This document shows positions 29,175 through 42,360 of a DNA stretch of 64,000 bases, in pieces; positions within the stretch are counted from its first letter, which is position 1, and every line of letters begins with the position of its first letter. This DNA comes from an uncultured Bacillota bacterium (lineage in GTDB: Bacteria > Sysuimicrobiota > Sysuimicrobiia > Sysuimicrobiales > Segetimicrobiaceae), in assembly GCA_963804645.1 (NCBI GenBank), contig CAWDRG010000017.1:32001-96000 (forward strand), given 5' to 3'. The position numbers and the translations under genes are program-made. Below the pieces are notes generated by a model, which saw only the letters and a list, made by a program, of their open reading frames with translations, was not told the origin of the DNA and made no database searches.

Positions 29175-30659
29175 CTACCGTGCCCGCCGGAACAGTTGGG
29201 CGGCCGGCGCGAACGCGACGTCGCCGTCAAGCGGAAACATCGGCCGGCGGCAGATCCGGTGCCCAAGCGACTTGAGGTCGGCGCTCGTCGCGCCGGGCGC
29301 GTCGATGTTGAAGTCCTTCTCCGCCCACTCGTCGAACATATGGTACTCGCAGTGCGGAGACTTGACGACCGTGAGATGGAACCGCTGCGGGTCGAGGCCA
29401 TGGGCGACGAACATCGCCCGGTCGAACAGACTCACCGAGCGGGTCATGACCAGGATGGTCACATGGCCGGCGCGGAGCACGGCGGTCGGCCCGGCGTCGA
29501 GGGCGTTGCCGCTGGTCTCGAGCGCGGCCCGCCCGCGCGACAGCATCTCGACCTCCGCGGTCACCTCGACCGGGATGAATCGCGGATCCATCGCGCCGCC
29601 GAGGCGGACCCGCACGGTGGCGCCGACGCCCGCCGCGTGTGCCGCGGCGGCCGCCGCCGGGTCGACGATCGGCAGCAGCACCGACCGCTCGTACCCGGCG
29701 CGCAGGAGGGCGGAGAGGATCGCGTTGCTGTCCCCGGTCGCCCCCGACGAGGTCGCGTCCGCGGCGTCCGTAAAGATCACGGGCCCGGCCATCCGGCGCG
29801 CCTGCGCGATCGCCCGGTCGAGCGGGATCAGCTTGCCCTGCATGCGGTGGCGGTGGACCCAGAACTCCTCGGACAGGCGCACGGCCTCGGCGTCGGCCAC
29901 CGCCGCGTCCTGCGCGACCACGACGGCCTGGCTGCACAGCTCCGGGACGTCCGTGAACGGGTTCCCGATCATGACCCCCGCCGCGAGCACGCGGTCCTCG
30001 TGCTCGAGCCGCTCGGCCTCCCGGATCACGTCGCCGAAGCAGCCCGACTTCGTGACCAGCTCGTCACCGCGCACGAGCGCGGGCATGACGACGCGCGCGA
30101 TCACCGGCGCGAGCCGCTCGTCGATGATGCGGAGCAAGAGGCGCGCGGCGCGCACGCCGGTATCCGCGAAGTCCACGTGCGGGTAGGTGTGGTAGAGGGC
30201 GAGCCCGTCCAGCGCCCGCAGCATGCGTTCGGTCAAGATCCCGTGAAGGTCCAGCGATGCGACGATCGGGACGCCGTCGCCGACGATCCGGCGGGTCTGC
30301 TCGAGCAGATGTCCCTCCGGGTCCAACTCGCCGTCCGCCCCCATCGCCCCATGCATCGAGAAGTAGACACCGTCCACGCCGCGGGCGCCGGCGGCGACCG
30401 CGGCGAGCACCTCGTCCGAGAGCCGCCGCCAGCCCGCGGCCGACAGCGGCCCGGCGCTCCCGGCGCGCGCGCTGTACGTCGGCACGAGGTCGATGCCGCC
30501 GTGCGCGTCGAACACGTCGGCCGCGCCTCCGATCGCGGTGTTGCGTCCCCGCTGATCGAAGACGGCGCCGCCGCGGCGGATCGTGAAGTCTTCATAGCGG
30601 CTCGGGACCGGGTTGAACGACGAGATCTCCTGCATGCATTCGGCGACGAGCAGCTTCAC
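29175..30659 (-). CDS. M81 family metallopeptidase (MlrC-like)
   Basis: QEISSFNP, SMHGAM, DPEG, LDLHG, YHTYPHVD, DAADATSSGATGD, VVKS; GTG 30659 after GGAGG. Confidence 0.92.
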   Translation of the reverse strand: MKLLVAECMQEISSFNPVPSRYEDFTIRRGGAVFDQRGRNTAIGGAADVFDAHGGIDLVPTYSARAGSAGPLSAAGWRRLSDEVLAAVAAGARGVDGVYFSMHGAMGADGELDPEGHLLEQTRRIVGDGVPIVASLDLHGILTERMLRALDGLALYHTYPHVDFADTGVRAARLLLRIIDERLAPVIARVVMPALVRGDELVTKSGCFGDVIREAERLEHEDRVLAAGVMIGNPFTDVPELCSQAVVVAQDAAVADAEAVRLSEEFWVHRHRMQGKLIPLDRAIAQARRMAGPVIFTDAADATSSGATGDSNAILSALLRAGYERSVLLPIVDPAAAAAAHAAGVGATVRVRLGGAMDPRFIPVEVTAEVEMLSRGRAALETSGNALDAGPTAVLRAGHVTILVMTRSVSLFDRAMFVAHGLDPQRFHLTVVKSPHCEYHMFDEWAEKDFNIDAPGATSADLKSLGHRICRRPMFPLDGDVAFAPAAQLFRRAR

Positions 30660-30808
30660 GGCGTGCCTCCGGCGGGATGCGTTCGCACGCAGGTCAGTTC
30701 TCGGCGGGCGGCCGATCCTCCCTGCGGGCGCGCGCGGCGAGGCGGAGTGTCGGCCCGCGGCCTCGAACCAGAGAGACGAGACAGACTCACGGAGAGGGGT
30801 GGCATGCG

Positions 30809-31243
30809 ATGGCGGCAGCGGCACAACCGATGTTCCGGCGGATCAACCACATCGGCGTGATTGTGGAGGATCTGAGCAACTCGCAGCATTGGCTCGCGGA
30901 GATCTTCGGCCTGCCACTCAATCGCACGGCGGACATGCCGGAGGGGCAGATCCACGGGGAATTCTACCGGTGCGGCGAGGTCGACATCGAGATCGTACAC
31001 ATCGGGGAGCCGGAGGAGCGGCGCCGGCGCCTGCGCGGCGCGAAGGTGCGGATTGAGCACATCGCCGTCGAGGTCGATGACCTCGACGGCACGCTCGGCC
31101 GCCTGAGCGCCCTCGGCGTCAAGACGACGACCCCGAAGCCCCGTCTGGCCGGGAACGTACGGTCGGCGTGGACGACCGAGGAGACCACCGGCGGCGTCTC
31201 GTACCAGCTGATGCAGTTCGGGGAGGCGAAAACCGCGCGGTAG
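30809..31243 (+). CDS. VOC family protein (methylmalonyl-CoA epimerase-like)
   Basis: INHIGVIVEDL, IEHIAVEVDDL, TTGGVSYQLMQ. Confidence 0.85.
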   Translation: MAAAAQPMFRRINHIGVIVEDLSNSQHWLAEIFGLPLNRTADMPEGQIHGEFYRCGEVDIEIVHIGEPEERRRRLRGAKVRIEHIAVEVDDLDGTLGRLSALGVKTTTPKPRLAGNVRSAWTTEETTGGVSYQLMQFGEAKTAR

Positions 31244-31401
31244 AGCGCGCCGGACCCCGGCCGTCCGGAGGAGAACTCCGGGATGATCACGTACTACCGG
31301 CCCAGGCCCGTCTACTCCTGGCGGAGCCCGTGCATAAGCACACCAAGGTGGCGGCGGCGGCTCAGCCGACGGCGCGTCTGTTGCGAATTGGGGGGCTGCA
31401 G

Positions 31402-32190
31402 ATGTCGCGCACTGTGAGCGGGAGAGTCCGGAGGCCACTGCGCACCTCGCAGACGCGCCGAACCGAGCGGGATGGCGCGACGGGGCCGCGACGACGCGCG
31501 CTCGACCTGATGCGCCTCGCGGCCGGGGCACTTGCGCTCGTATTCTGCGCCGCCGTCCTGCCGCCCGCGGGCGCGCAGACCGGCATGAAGCGGGTCACCG
31601 ACGCCAACAATCGATTTTCAATCGCCTTTCCACCACGCTGGACCGTCGAGGCGGTGCAGCACAACACAAAAATTCTGTCCACGGAAGTACCCGTCAGCTC
31701 GCTGTCCAGAAGCGGCAGCTCGCAGTCGGCCATGATCGGCGTGGGTCCGAATGTGGATTTCACCGTGCCGCCGCGCCTCGTGGTGATTCCGGTCGATTTC
31801 CCTCGGCCCATCACACCCGATGATATTGCGAACTCGGTGCACCAAGACACCACGCCCGACCCGAACTTCCAAGTGACCCAGGACGGCTTTGCCACCATCG
31901 CGGGACAGCGGGCGTATTATCTCTACGGCGTCACGGCCCCTCGGGGGACTACCCCGTCACTGTATATGGTGCTGGCGTTCTTCGCGCAGGGGCGAGAGGG
32001 GTTCCTCGTGCTCGGCGCCACGCTCAACCAGGCGGATCGGGTCCGCACGGACTATGCGACGATCAGTGCGATCCTTGAGACGTTCCGCATCATTCCGCAG
32101 CACAGCAGCATCAGCCGACCCGGGACCACCGCGCTCGCACTCCCCGAGGTGACGGGCGCACCGCACCCGACGCCGTCCCCGCTTCCCTAA
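31402..32190 (+). CDS. Exported hypothetical protein, possibly PsbP/DcrB-like
   Basis: Hydrophobic signal ending AGA, FSIAFPPRW near the N-terminus, ILETFRI near the C-terminus; start uncertain. Confidence 0.6.
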   Translation: MSRTVSGRVRRPLRTSQTRRTERDGATGPRRRALDLMRLAAGALALVFCAAVLPPAGAQTGMKRVTDANNRFSIAFPPRWTVEAVQHNTKILSTEVPVSSLSRSGSSQSAMIGVGPNVDFTVPPRLVVIPVDFPRPITPDDIANSVHQDTTPDPNFQVTQDGFATIAGQRAYYLYGVTAPRGTTPSLYMVLAFFAQGREGFLVLGATLNQADRVRTDYATISAILETFRIIPQHSSISRPGTTALALPEVTGAPHPTPSPLP

Positions 32191-32253
32191 GCGCAACACG
32201 CAGCTGTTGGCCCGACGCCCGCCAGACGGCGCCCGGGGAACTCCCGCTGGCCG

Positions 32254-33027
32254 CTACGGGCAGACGTGCAGGAGTGCCGACGCGCCGATGGCGACGCCGG
32301 CGGGCGCGAGCTGTTCCGCCCAGGCCTCGATCCCCACGACATGCCCACCGGGGTCCATGACGGGGGCCCCGCTGTGCCCCGGCTGCGGAGGACGTGCGGC
32401 GACGAGGCGAAAGAGCGGCGTCCCATCCGGTGCCGTCCCGACGTCGCTCACCGTCCCCGTCGACGCCCACTGAAAGCCGGTCGGGTCAGAGCTGTCGCCC
32501 ACCGTCAACCCGTAGCCCACCACGACCACGTGGTCGCCTACCTTCGGGTTGCCGCCCAGCGGATGCGTCGGGAATGTGGGCAGCGCCGCTCGGTGCGCAC
32601 GATAGACATCTCCCGTGGCACCCACCTGAAACGTCTCCGCCGAGAACGCGGACGGCAGGAGCCTGACCTCCGCGACGTCGGCCCCGAAGACCGCGCGGTC
32701 GAAGTTGGGATCCCCCGGCACCTCGCGCGCACACGCGATCTCGACGCTGTAGAACTCCTTGCCGACGACGGCCAGCAGTTGGTACTGGTCCGGGTGGTGC
32801 TCCGCATCGACGACGACGTGATGATTGGTCAGCGCGGTGCCGTCGGGGCTGATAAAGAACGCGGTCCCCGTAGACACCCAGTGCTCGACGCCGTTGCGCG
32901 GCGTCACCGTGACGAGGCGAAACACCGCGGGATCCGACGTGCGGAAGATCTTCTCCGCGGCGTGGCTCGGCAGCGCGCAGGCCAGCGCGAGCACCCCGAT
33001 GACCGTCAGTCGCGTGATGGTCCGCAT
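32254..33027 (-). CDS. Secreted trypsin-like serine protease
   Basis: Signal peptide, STGTAFFIS, LTNHHVV, ADVAEV, PGHSGAPV. Confidence 0.82.
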   Translation of the reverse strand: MRTITRLTVIGVLALACALPSHAAEKIFRTSDPAVFRLVTVTPRNGVEHWVSTGTAFFISPDGTALTNHHVVVDAEHHPDQYQLLAVVGKEFYSVEIACAREVPGDPNFDRAVFGADVAEVRLLPSAFSAETFQVGATGDVYRAHRAALPTFPTHPLGGNPKVGDHVVVVGYGLTVGDSSDPTGFQWASTGTVSDVGTAPDGTPLFRLVAARPPQPGHSGAPVMDPGGHVVGIEAWAEQLAPAGVAIGASALLHVCP

Positions 33028-33219
33028 TCCGGTTCCCCCCGCCGGCGGTCCCCGCCGCCCTCGATCACGGCCATTGTAGCGTGAACGCGGCGGCACGGCC
33101 ACGGGGGATCCGCGTGCGGCGCGCGCCGCATCGCAGGAAGGCTCCGCTCGGCCGCGAATACCCGGGAGCGCCCGCGTCTCGACGGCCCGGCAGGCCGTGC
33201 GTGCGGCCGGGCCCATTCG

Positions 33220-34074
33220 ATGGCATCCCTCCTCGTGCTCCTGAGCGCGACCCTGTACGGGATCTCTCCCATCCTGGCAAAAATCGCCTACGCGTCCGGG
33301 GTCACTCCGCTCACCCTGCTCGCGTTGCGCGCGACTGTCGGGGCGCTCATCGTCTGGATCGCACTCGCCGTCACGCGGCGCACCGTGCCACGGGCGCAGT
33401 TCGGGCTGCTGCTGGCACTCGGGCTGACGCTGCTGCCGGCCCAGGTCTTCGCGTATTTCTACGCCCTCTCCGTCCTCCCGGCGTCGACCGCATCGGTCAT
33501 CGCCAACACCTCCCCGATTCACGTCGCGTGGATGAGCCGCGTGTTCCTGCGGGAATCGCTGCAGGCAGCGGACGTCGCGATCCTAATCGCGGTCGTCTCG
33601 GGCGCGGTGCTGGTCGCGGGCCAAACGCCGCAGTTCGGGCACGCGCTCGGCGCCGTGGCGCTGGCCGTGACGACGCTGGGTGCGGGGGGGTACCTCGTCG
33701 TGCAGCGGCATCTGGTGCGGGACATCCATCCGCTCTCGATCCTCGCGGTCGTCCTCCCCGCCTCCGCGGCCGTCTACTGGACCGCGGGACTGGCCGCGGG
33801 CCAAGTCCGGCTCGCGATGCCGCTGCCGGGGCAGCTCGCGGTAGCGGCGTCAAGCCTGAGCGGGGCGGTCGCGAGCCTGTGCGTGCTCGCCGCCCTGCGC
33901 GCGATCCCGGCGACCCGCACGGCGCTGCTCGGCATGCTGGAGCCGGTCGTCGCGGTGGTGTGCAGCGTCCTGCTGCTCGGAGACGAGATGACGGTGTGGC
34001 GCGGCGCTGGCATCGCCGTCGTCCTCGCCGGGATCACCCTACTCCAGACGCGTCGGGTCGCCGAGGTGCCTTAA
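33220..34074 (+). CDS. DMT/EamA family transporter
   Basis: About 10 hydrophobic helices, ANTSPI, LEPVVA..LLLGD. Confidence 0.9.
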   Translation: MASLLVLLSATLYGISPILAKIAYASGVTPLTLLALRATVGALIVWIALAVTRRTVPRAQFGLLLALGLTLLPAQVFAYFYALSVLPASTASVIANTSPIHVAWMSRVFLRESLQAADVAILIAVVSGAVLVAGQTPQFGHALGAVALAVTTLGAGGYLVVQRHLVRDIHPLSILAVVLPASAAVYWTAGLAAGQVRLAMPLPGQLAVAASSLSGAVASLCVLAALRAIPATRTALLGMLEPVVAVVCSVLLLGDEMTVWRGAGIAVVLAGITLLQTRRVAEVP

Positions 34075-34251
34075 CCGGCCCGCCGCGGCCGGGGGCGGGC
34101 GCGAGGACAGATCCGCGTTGGTGAGCGGGTGATGTTGTTCGATCCGGAAACGCGCGCCTGGTACCCGGTCGAAGAGTCGGCGCGATACGACGAGTTCGTC
34201 CAGACGGGCGAGGACGGCCAGATCGTCGCGATGTGGCGGACGAAGAAGACC

Positions 34252-36618
<2,367 letters not shown>

Positions 36619-36653
36619 TCATCTCCCCCAGGTGCGGTTGTGGGGGGAGAAGG

Positions 36654-37220
36654 ATGTCACTGCGCAGTGGGGAGACCGCCGTGAAGGCCGTGTCGGTCAA
36701 CGTAGGGACGCCGCGCGAAGTCCGCTGGAAGGACAAGCTCGTCACGACCGGCATGTTCAAGGCACCGGTGGACGTTCGGGTCACGATGCGCCGCCTGAAC
36801 CTGGACGGCGATCGACAAGCCGATCTGCGCGTGCACGGCGGTCCGAGCAAGGCCGTGTACACCTACCCGTCTGAGCATTACGCCTACTGGCAGCGGGAGT
36901 TTCCCGGGATGGAGCTGCCGTGGGGGATGTTCGGTGAGAATCTCACGACCCTCGCGCTGCTGGAACGCGACGTGCGGATCGGGGATCACGTCCGGGTCGG
37001 ATCGGCGGACGTCATCGTCACCGAGCCGCGGATGCCGTGCTACAAGCTCGGGCTGAAGTTCGGACGCGAGGACATCATCAAACGGTTCCCGGCAAGACAT
37101 CACGGAATTGTCCGCGGCGAAGACCGCCGATCCCGACATGCTGCGGGGCGCTGTCGAGTTGGACGCCCTACCCCAGTCGTGGCGGTCATACTTTCAACGC
37201 CGCCTTGAGCGCGCGCGGGA
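36654..37220 (+). pseudogene. MOSC-domain protein (YiiM-like) with an internal deletion and frameshift at about 37090
   Basis: GDRQADLRVHGGPSKAVY, FGENL, EPRMPCYKL..DIIKRF. The expected G.Y..V...G.V..GD segment is absent, and the 3-alpha tail (DITEL..LRGAVELDALPQSWRSYFQRRL) is in another frame. Confidence 0.8.
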
Positions 37221-37299
37221 TCATCACGCGCCGTATGGCTGGCCGCTGGGATCAACCGGACGGGAGTCGCTCCATGGACGCCAACGAGGCCGTGAAGCC

Positions 37300-38520
37300 C
37301 TACGTCCGGGCCGCCCCCGCGGCCGCGACGGGCGCATCGGCGGCCGACGCCGGACCGTACCACCGCCCATCGTGAATCACCGCGTCGACCGACCGCACCG
37401 CTGAGACGTTGCGCAGCGGATCCGCCGACAGCACAATCAGGTCGGCCCGCTTGCCCGGCTCGACCGTACCGACCTCGTCGCCGAGACCGAGGAGGCGCGC
37501 CGCGTACGTGGTGGCCGCCCGCAGCGCCTGGTAAGGACCGAGCCCGATCCTCGCCAGGATCTCGATCTCGGTCGCGATGTCCGGGTGCGGCGCCGCGGGG
37601 GATCCATTGTCCGACCCCGCGGCAAAGCGGACGCCGGCGCGATGGGCCTCGAGGAAGCTCGCCACCTTGCGGTCCCAGGAGCGGTTCACGAGATCGATGA
37701 CGAAGGGCGGGAGGTGGTGCGCCGCCCCCGTCTCCTTCATCTTGTAGTAGATGGAAAACGTCGGGACGATGTAGGCCTCGCGCTCGAGTAGGAGATCAAT
37801 CGCCTCGCGGTCGAGGAACGAGGCGTGCTCGATCGAGTCGATCCCGGCGCGCAGGCAGTCCTTGATCGCGGTCGCCCCATGCGCGTGGGCGCACGTCGGC
37901 CGCGCGGCTTTGCGCGCCTCGTGCACGCCGGCCGTCAGCTCGTCGGGGTCCAGCTGGCTCGAAGCCGGCTGCTCGCCCTCTTCGGCAAACCCGCCGCTCG
38001 CCATGAACTTGACCCAATCCGTGCGCACCTTGATGCGCTCCCGCACCGCCCGGCGGACCGCGTCCGGCCCGTCGGTCTCCTGCCCGTAGAACCAGCCGTG
38101 GCCGCCCGTCATGGTGATCATCCGGCCGCACGCCACGATCCGGGGCCCGAGCAGATGCCCGGAGCGGATCGCGTCCCGCAGCACGACATCGCTGTCATCG
38201 AGGCCGCACGTGTCCCGAATCGTGGTGATCCCGGCCAAGAGCGTGCGCCGGGCGTTGTCCGCCGCCCGCAGCACGCGGACCCGCGGATCGAAGGCGAGCT
38301 CCTCTTCCACAAGGCCGCCGCTGATGGTGATGTGGGTGTGGGCGTCGATCAGGCCCGGCAGGACGTACTTTCCGCTGAGATCCACGACGCGGTCCGCCTC
38401 TCGCGGCGCGAGGTGCGGTCCGACCCCCGCGATCCGCCCGTCCGCGATGAGCACGTCGGCGGATGCCGGCTGCGCCTCCGGGCCCGCCATCGAGAGCACC
38501 GTCGCGTTCCTGAGCAGCAT
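37300..38520 (-). CDS. Amidohydrolase family metal-dependent hydrolase
   Basis: PGLIDAHTH, GITTIRD, TGGHG, KFMASGG, AHAHG, SIEH, AGSD, GKRADL. Confidence 0.92.
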   Translation of the reverse strand: MLLRNATVLSMAGPEAQPASADVLIADGRIAGVGPHLAPREADRVVDLSGKYVLPGLIDAHTHITISGGLVEEELAFDPRVRVLRAADNARRTLLAGITTIRDTCGLDDSDVVLRDAIRSGHLLGPRIVACGRMITMTGGHGWFYGQETDGPDAVRRAVRERIKVRTDWVKFMASGGFAEEGEQPASSQLDPDELTAGVHEARKAARPTCAHAHGATAIKDCLRAGIDSIEHASFLDREAIDLLLEREAYIVPTFSIYYKMKETGAAHHLPPFVIDLVNRSWDRKVASFLEAHRAGVRFAAGSDNGSPAAPHPDIATEIEILARIGLGPYQALRAATTYAARLLGLGDEVGTVEPGKRADLIVLSADPLRNVSAVRSVDAVIHDGRWYGPASAADAPVAAAGAART

Positions 38521-38569
38521 CTGCGTCCCTCCGTCGTCGCTGTCTGCGCGCCGTCGAGCAGGCGGACGG

Positions 38570-39826
38570 CTAGCCGCCCACGACCACATCGCCGCCGAGC
38601 ATGACCATCGCCGGCCGGCGCAGCGCGGTGAGATCGGCCAGCGGATCGCCGGGCACGGCGATCATGTCGGCGGCGAGCCCCGCCCGCAGCGTGCCCGTCT
38701 CCCCCTCGATGCCGAGCACCGCCGCGGCCCCGGACGTCGCGGCGACGATCGCCTCGCTGGGGCTCGCCCCGGCGTCCGCGAGCAGCTCGATCTCGCGCGC
38801 CAGGCCGTCGAACGGCGTAAACCGCCAGCCCGCGTCGGTCCCCGCGATGTAGCGGACCCCGGCACGCCGCATCCGGCGGACGTTGTCCACGTTGGCCTCG
38901 TTCATGCGGTGCCACCGCTCGACGGCCGCGCGGTCCTCGGGCCGGGCGTCCGGGGCGCCGAGCCGCGGGCCGAGCGCGTCCACGATAAAGTAGCCGACGC
39001 ACAGCGTCGAGGTCACGCTCGCCGTCCGGGCCACCGCGTCTGCGACGTCGGGTTCGAACTGCTGGTGACCGGCTTCGTCGATCATAAACAGCGCGTGCTC
39101 GATGTGGTCGGTCCCGGCCGCGACGGCGTTCCGGGTGGCCGCGGCGCACGTGCAGTGAATCCCGGTGCGCCGGTTCAGCCGGTGCGCCTCGTCGACCGCC
39201 GCCCGCAGCTCCTCGACCGTGAACGACGGCCGGGACGAGATCGTGCCGACCGTCCCGCCGCCGCTCCCCATGATCTTGATGTAGTCCACTCCGGCGCGCA
39301 CCAGGCGCCGGACCATCTCCCGCATGCCTTCCGGGCCGTCCGTCTCTCCGCCGAAGTACCGGCAGTGCCCGCCCGTGATCGTGATCGGACAGCGGCACAG
39401 GTGCAGGCGCGGCAGCCGCGCGTACCCCAGCCGCTGCGCGCGGCGAAGATCCAGGGTGGTGTCGCGCATGCTCCCGCAGTCCCGCAGCGTCGTGATGCCC
39501 GCCCGCAGCGCGGTCTCGGCGTTCCGGTACGCGAGGGCGAGCTGCGTGCCATCGGGCTCCTGCACCGTCGTTTCGAACGGCGTGCCGTCGCCCGGGCACG
39601 TCAGGTGCACGTGCGCGTCGATCAGCCCCGGCAGCAGCGTGGCGCTGCCCAGGTCGAGGACCGGCGCATCGGGCGGCCACTCTCCGCGGGGCGCCTGGCC
39701 GGCGTGCACGCTGTGGATGACCCCGCCGCGCACCACGACGGTCGGGCGGCCGACCGGCGGCGCACCCGTCCCGTCACACAGGCGCGCGGCGCGCACGAGC
39801 AACCACGGGGACGGACCTGACGGCAT
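38570..39826 (-). CDS. Amidohydrolase family metal-dependent hydrolase (second copy)
   Basis: C-terminal part of the track ORF 38570..41923: PGLIDAHVH, GITTLRD, TGGH, KIMGSGG, HIEH, AGTDAG. Confidence 0.88.
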   Translation of the reverse strand: MPSGPSPWLLVRAARLCDGTGAPPVGRPTVVVRGGVIHSVHAGQAPRGEWPPDAPVLDLGSATLLPGLIDAHVHLTCPGDGTPFETTVQEPDGTQLALAYRNAETALRAGITTLRDCGSMRDTTLDLRRAQRLGYARLPRLHLCRCPITITGGHCRYFGGETDGPEGMREMVRRLVRAGVDYIKIMGSGGGTVGTISSRPSFTVEELRAAVDEAHRLNRRTGIHCTCAAATRNAVAAGTDHIEHALFMIDEAGHQQFEPDVADAVARTASVTSTLCVGYFIVDALGPRLGAPDARPEDRAAVERWHRMNEANVDNVRRMRRAGVRYIAGTDAGWRFTPFDGLAREIELLADAGASPSEAIVAATSGAAAVLGIEGETGTLRAGLAADMIAVPGDPLADLTALRRPAMVMLGGDVVVGG

Positions 39827-39888
39827 CACGCACCACCTCTCGGCCGGGCCTCGGCCGGCACGCGCACGCGAGACGCTCGCGGCCGCAT

Positions 39889-41473
39889 CTACTTCTGGAC
39901 CCAGACGTCGCTCAGCACGGGATACGCCGAGTAGTTGTACTTGGTCCCCTGGACCGTGCTCCGCGCGACGTACACCGCCAGCTCGTCGAACAGCGGCACC
40001 GCGACCGCTTGATCGAGCACGATCCGCTCGACGCCGAGATACGCCGCGCGCCGCTTCGCCGGGTCGTATGTCTCCCGGCCCGCCGCCAGCAGCCGGTCGA
40101 TCTCGGGGTTGGCGTAGCACGAGAAATTGAAGTTGCCGCCGATGTTCGCCGAGTTGAACAGCGCGTTCAGCACCGTTCATGTCGGGATCTCGAAGGAACA
40201 GCTCCGGACCGTTGGTCGCGCAGTGCAGCGCGTCCTCGAACCACGGCGCGCGCGCCTGGCTCTTGATCTGGGCGTCGATACCCATCTCCAGCAGCTGCCC
40301 CTGGATCAGCTCGACCTCGGGAAAGTTACCGGACCCGTAGTTGACGGAGTCGAACACAACCGTGAGCGGCTTGCCGTCCTTCTGCCGGATGTTGTTGGGG
40401 CCCATGCGCCAGCCGTCCTCGTCCAACAGCTGCGCGGCCTTCTGTGGATTGTACCCGTAGGTGCTGCAGAACGACGGATCGTCGAGCGTGTAGCGCGTGA
40501 GCGGCGCGCACGCCACGGTCGCCTGCCCCTTGTAGAGGGCCTCCACCAGCGCGGCCCGATTGATGCCGTACTCGATCGCCTGGCGGACCTTGAGGTCGTT
40601 CGTGGGCGCGAGCCGCACGTTCAGCAGCCAAATGCGCGGGACGCCCGGGTACGGAGTCTTGTCGACCCGCAGGTTCTTATCGTCCGCGAGGCCGGACAGG
40701 ATGGCGGCGGGGATGGACTGGAAGCTGATCATCTGGGTTTCGCCGGTCTGCACCGTCGTCACGCGCGTCCCCGCCTCCGGGATGAACCGCCAGATGATCC
40801 GGTCGAGATAGGGCGGCCCGGCGTGATCGCTCCACGGCGCGCGCCGCGTGTACGCCGCGTTGCGCGTGAGCGTGACGTGGTCGCCCGCGACATACTCCGA
40901 GATCGTGAACGGACCGCTCGTGACCGGCCGCTGGCCCACCGCCGTGCCCTGCCCCGGCGTGGACTTCGGCGACACCAGGCCGAGCCACCCGCTGGCGAGA
41001 TACGTCAGGAACGGCGCGAACGGCGCCGAGAACGTCACGCGGACCGTGTGGTCGTCGACGACCGTCGTGCCGGTATACCCGTTCAGCGCGGAGAGCGCGA
41101 TGCCCGCCTTGAAGTTCGGGTTGACGACGCGGTCGAAGTTCCATTTCACGGCGGTGGCATCGACGGGCGCGCCGTCCGAGAACGTCGCGCCGGGGGCCAG
41201 CGTGAACGTAAACGTCTTTCCGTCGGGAGACACCTGGTACGCCGTCGCGAGCCACGGCACGAGCTTGCCGTTCGGTCCCTCGTAGAGCAGGCTTTCGGCG
41301 ACGTCCGCGTCCACGACGAACGTCGACGCGCTCGGGGAGGCCTGCGGATCCAGCGACGGGGGTTCCTGGTCCAGTCCGATCGTGAGCGTCCCGCCCCGTG
41401 TGGGCGCGGCGGCCGCGGTGCCGGCCGCCAGCGCGACCGCGGCTACGGCGACGATCATCCTCCGAAACAGCAT
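39889..41473 (-). pseudogene. Family-5 ABC substrate-binding protein with a +1 frameshift at about 40174
   Basis: GGTLTIGL..EPPSLDP, FSDG.PVDA.AVKWNFDR, SGPF, VRQAI.YGINR. The C-terminal 94 aa (LNALFNS...YANPEIDRLL..DVWVQK) are in the next frame. Probably a sequencing error. Confidence 0.85.
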
Positions 41474-41646
41474 GGACGGTCCTCTCATCCCTGGTATCCC
41501 CCTTCGCGTGGAGTACGTGGTGGCGTATCGTGCGGACGCCCCGGCCCGAGCACGGCGGGCGGCGTTTCCCCGGCTGCGCGTCGTGTAATGATGGATTATA
41601 CGCCGGACGCGGCGGCTCCTGGCGGCCGCCCGCCGCACCGCGAGCG

Positions 41647-41823
41647 CTATCGGGATCGCAGCCCCACCGCCAGCATCACCCCGAACGTGGCGAGGTACGT
41701 GAGCGCGGCCGCGACCACGATCCCAACTGTCCAGCGGAGGTCGCGCACCCGGGCGAGGCGCAGGTAGAGGTACACCGCGAGAAACACCACGCACTCGACC
41801 GCGCCGAGCACCAGGAAGATCAT
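41647..41823 (-). CDS. Small two-helix membrane protein (58 aa), not in the ORF track
   Basis: MIFLVLGAVECVVFLAVYLYLRLARVRDLRWTVGIVVAAALTYLATFGVMLAVGLRSR*; co-oriented within the cluster; no clear RBS. Confidence 0.5.
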   Translation of the reverse strand: MIFLVLGAVECVVFLAVYLYLRLARVRDLRWTVGIVVAAALTYLATFGVMLAVGLRSR

Positions 41824-41886
41824 CGGACCGGCCAGGCGCGTCGTGGGCGCATCGGACTCGCGGAGCGCGGCTCGCCGGGCGCCGGC

Positions 41887-42318
41887 CTAGCCCGGGCGCC
41901 CGGGGCCCGCCGGCGGTCCCCACACGATCCGCCGGATCACCGGGGCGCCGTCCCGAAACGGCGGCGCCTCGATCCCCCAGCTCCAGTGCGCCGTGGGGGT
42001 GATCACAATCGCGGGCGCCGGCCCGGCCGGCCCGACGCGCTCGCCGATCATCGCGGTGCCGTGAACCTTCACGCCGCGCGGCGTCCAGCCGTCCGCCGGT
42101 GCATCGTCGACGACCAGCGCCACCCGGGAGTAATCTCGGACGTTTCGGTACTTGAGCGTGCGGGTCAAGGACAGTCCGCCCACGTAGAAGCGCGCCCCGT
42201 CAAACGCGTACGTCACCGGCGCCACATCGGGCTGCAACCCGCGCGAGACCGTCGCGATGCGAGCGAGGCGCTGTGCTCTGAGATAGGCGAGTTCGCGCTC
42301 CGAAAACACGCCGCTCAC
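41887..42318 (-). CDS. PPOX-class (F420/FMN) oxidoreductase
   Basis: FSERELAYL..QRLARIATV..QPDVAPV, TLKYRNV...RVALVVDD..WTPRGV.VHG, WSWG. Confidence 0.88.
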   Translation of the reverse strand: MSGVFSERELAYLRAQRLARIATVSRGLQPDVAPVTYAFDGARFYVGGLSLTRTLKYRNVRDYSRVALVVDDAPADGWTPRGVKVHGTAMIGERVGPAGPAPAIVITPTAHWSWGIEAPPFRDGAPVIRRIVWGPPAGPGRPG

Positions 42319-42360
42319 CGTCCGGCCGCCGGCGCAGGGCGGTCCCCGCGCCGACCCCGG

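Noticed and set aside
29175..30659. Microcystin degradation (mlr) cluster
   Set aside because: Only an MlrC-family gene is present; there is no mlrA/B/D, and the family is widespread
38570..41923. 1117-aa SBP-amidohydrolase fusion in the ORF track
   Set aside because: Created by a +1 frameshift at about 40174. The real SBP C-terminus and stop lie in another frame (39889..40173), and the linker is low-complexity out-of-frame sequence
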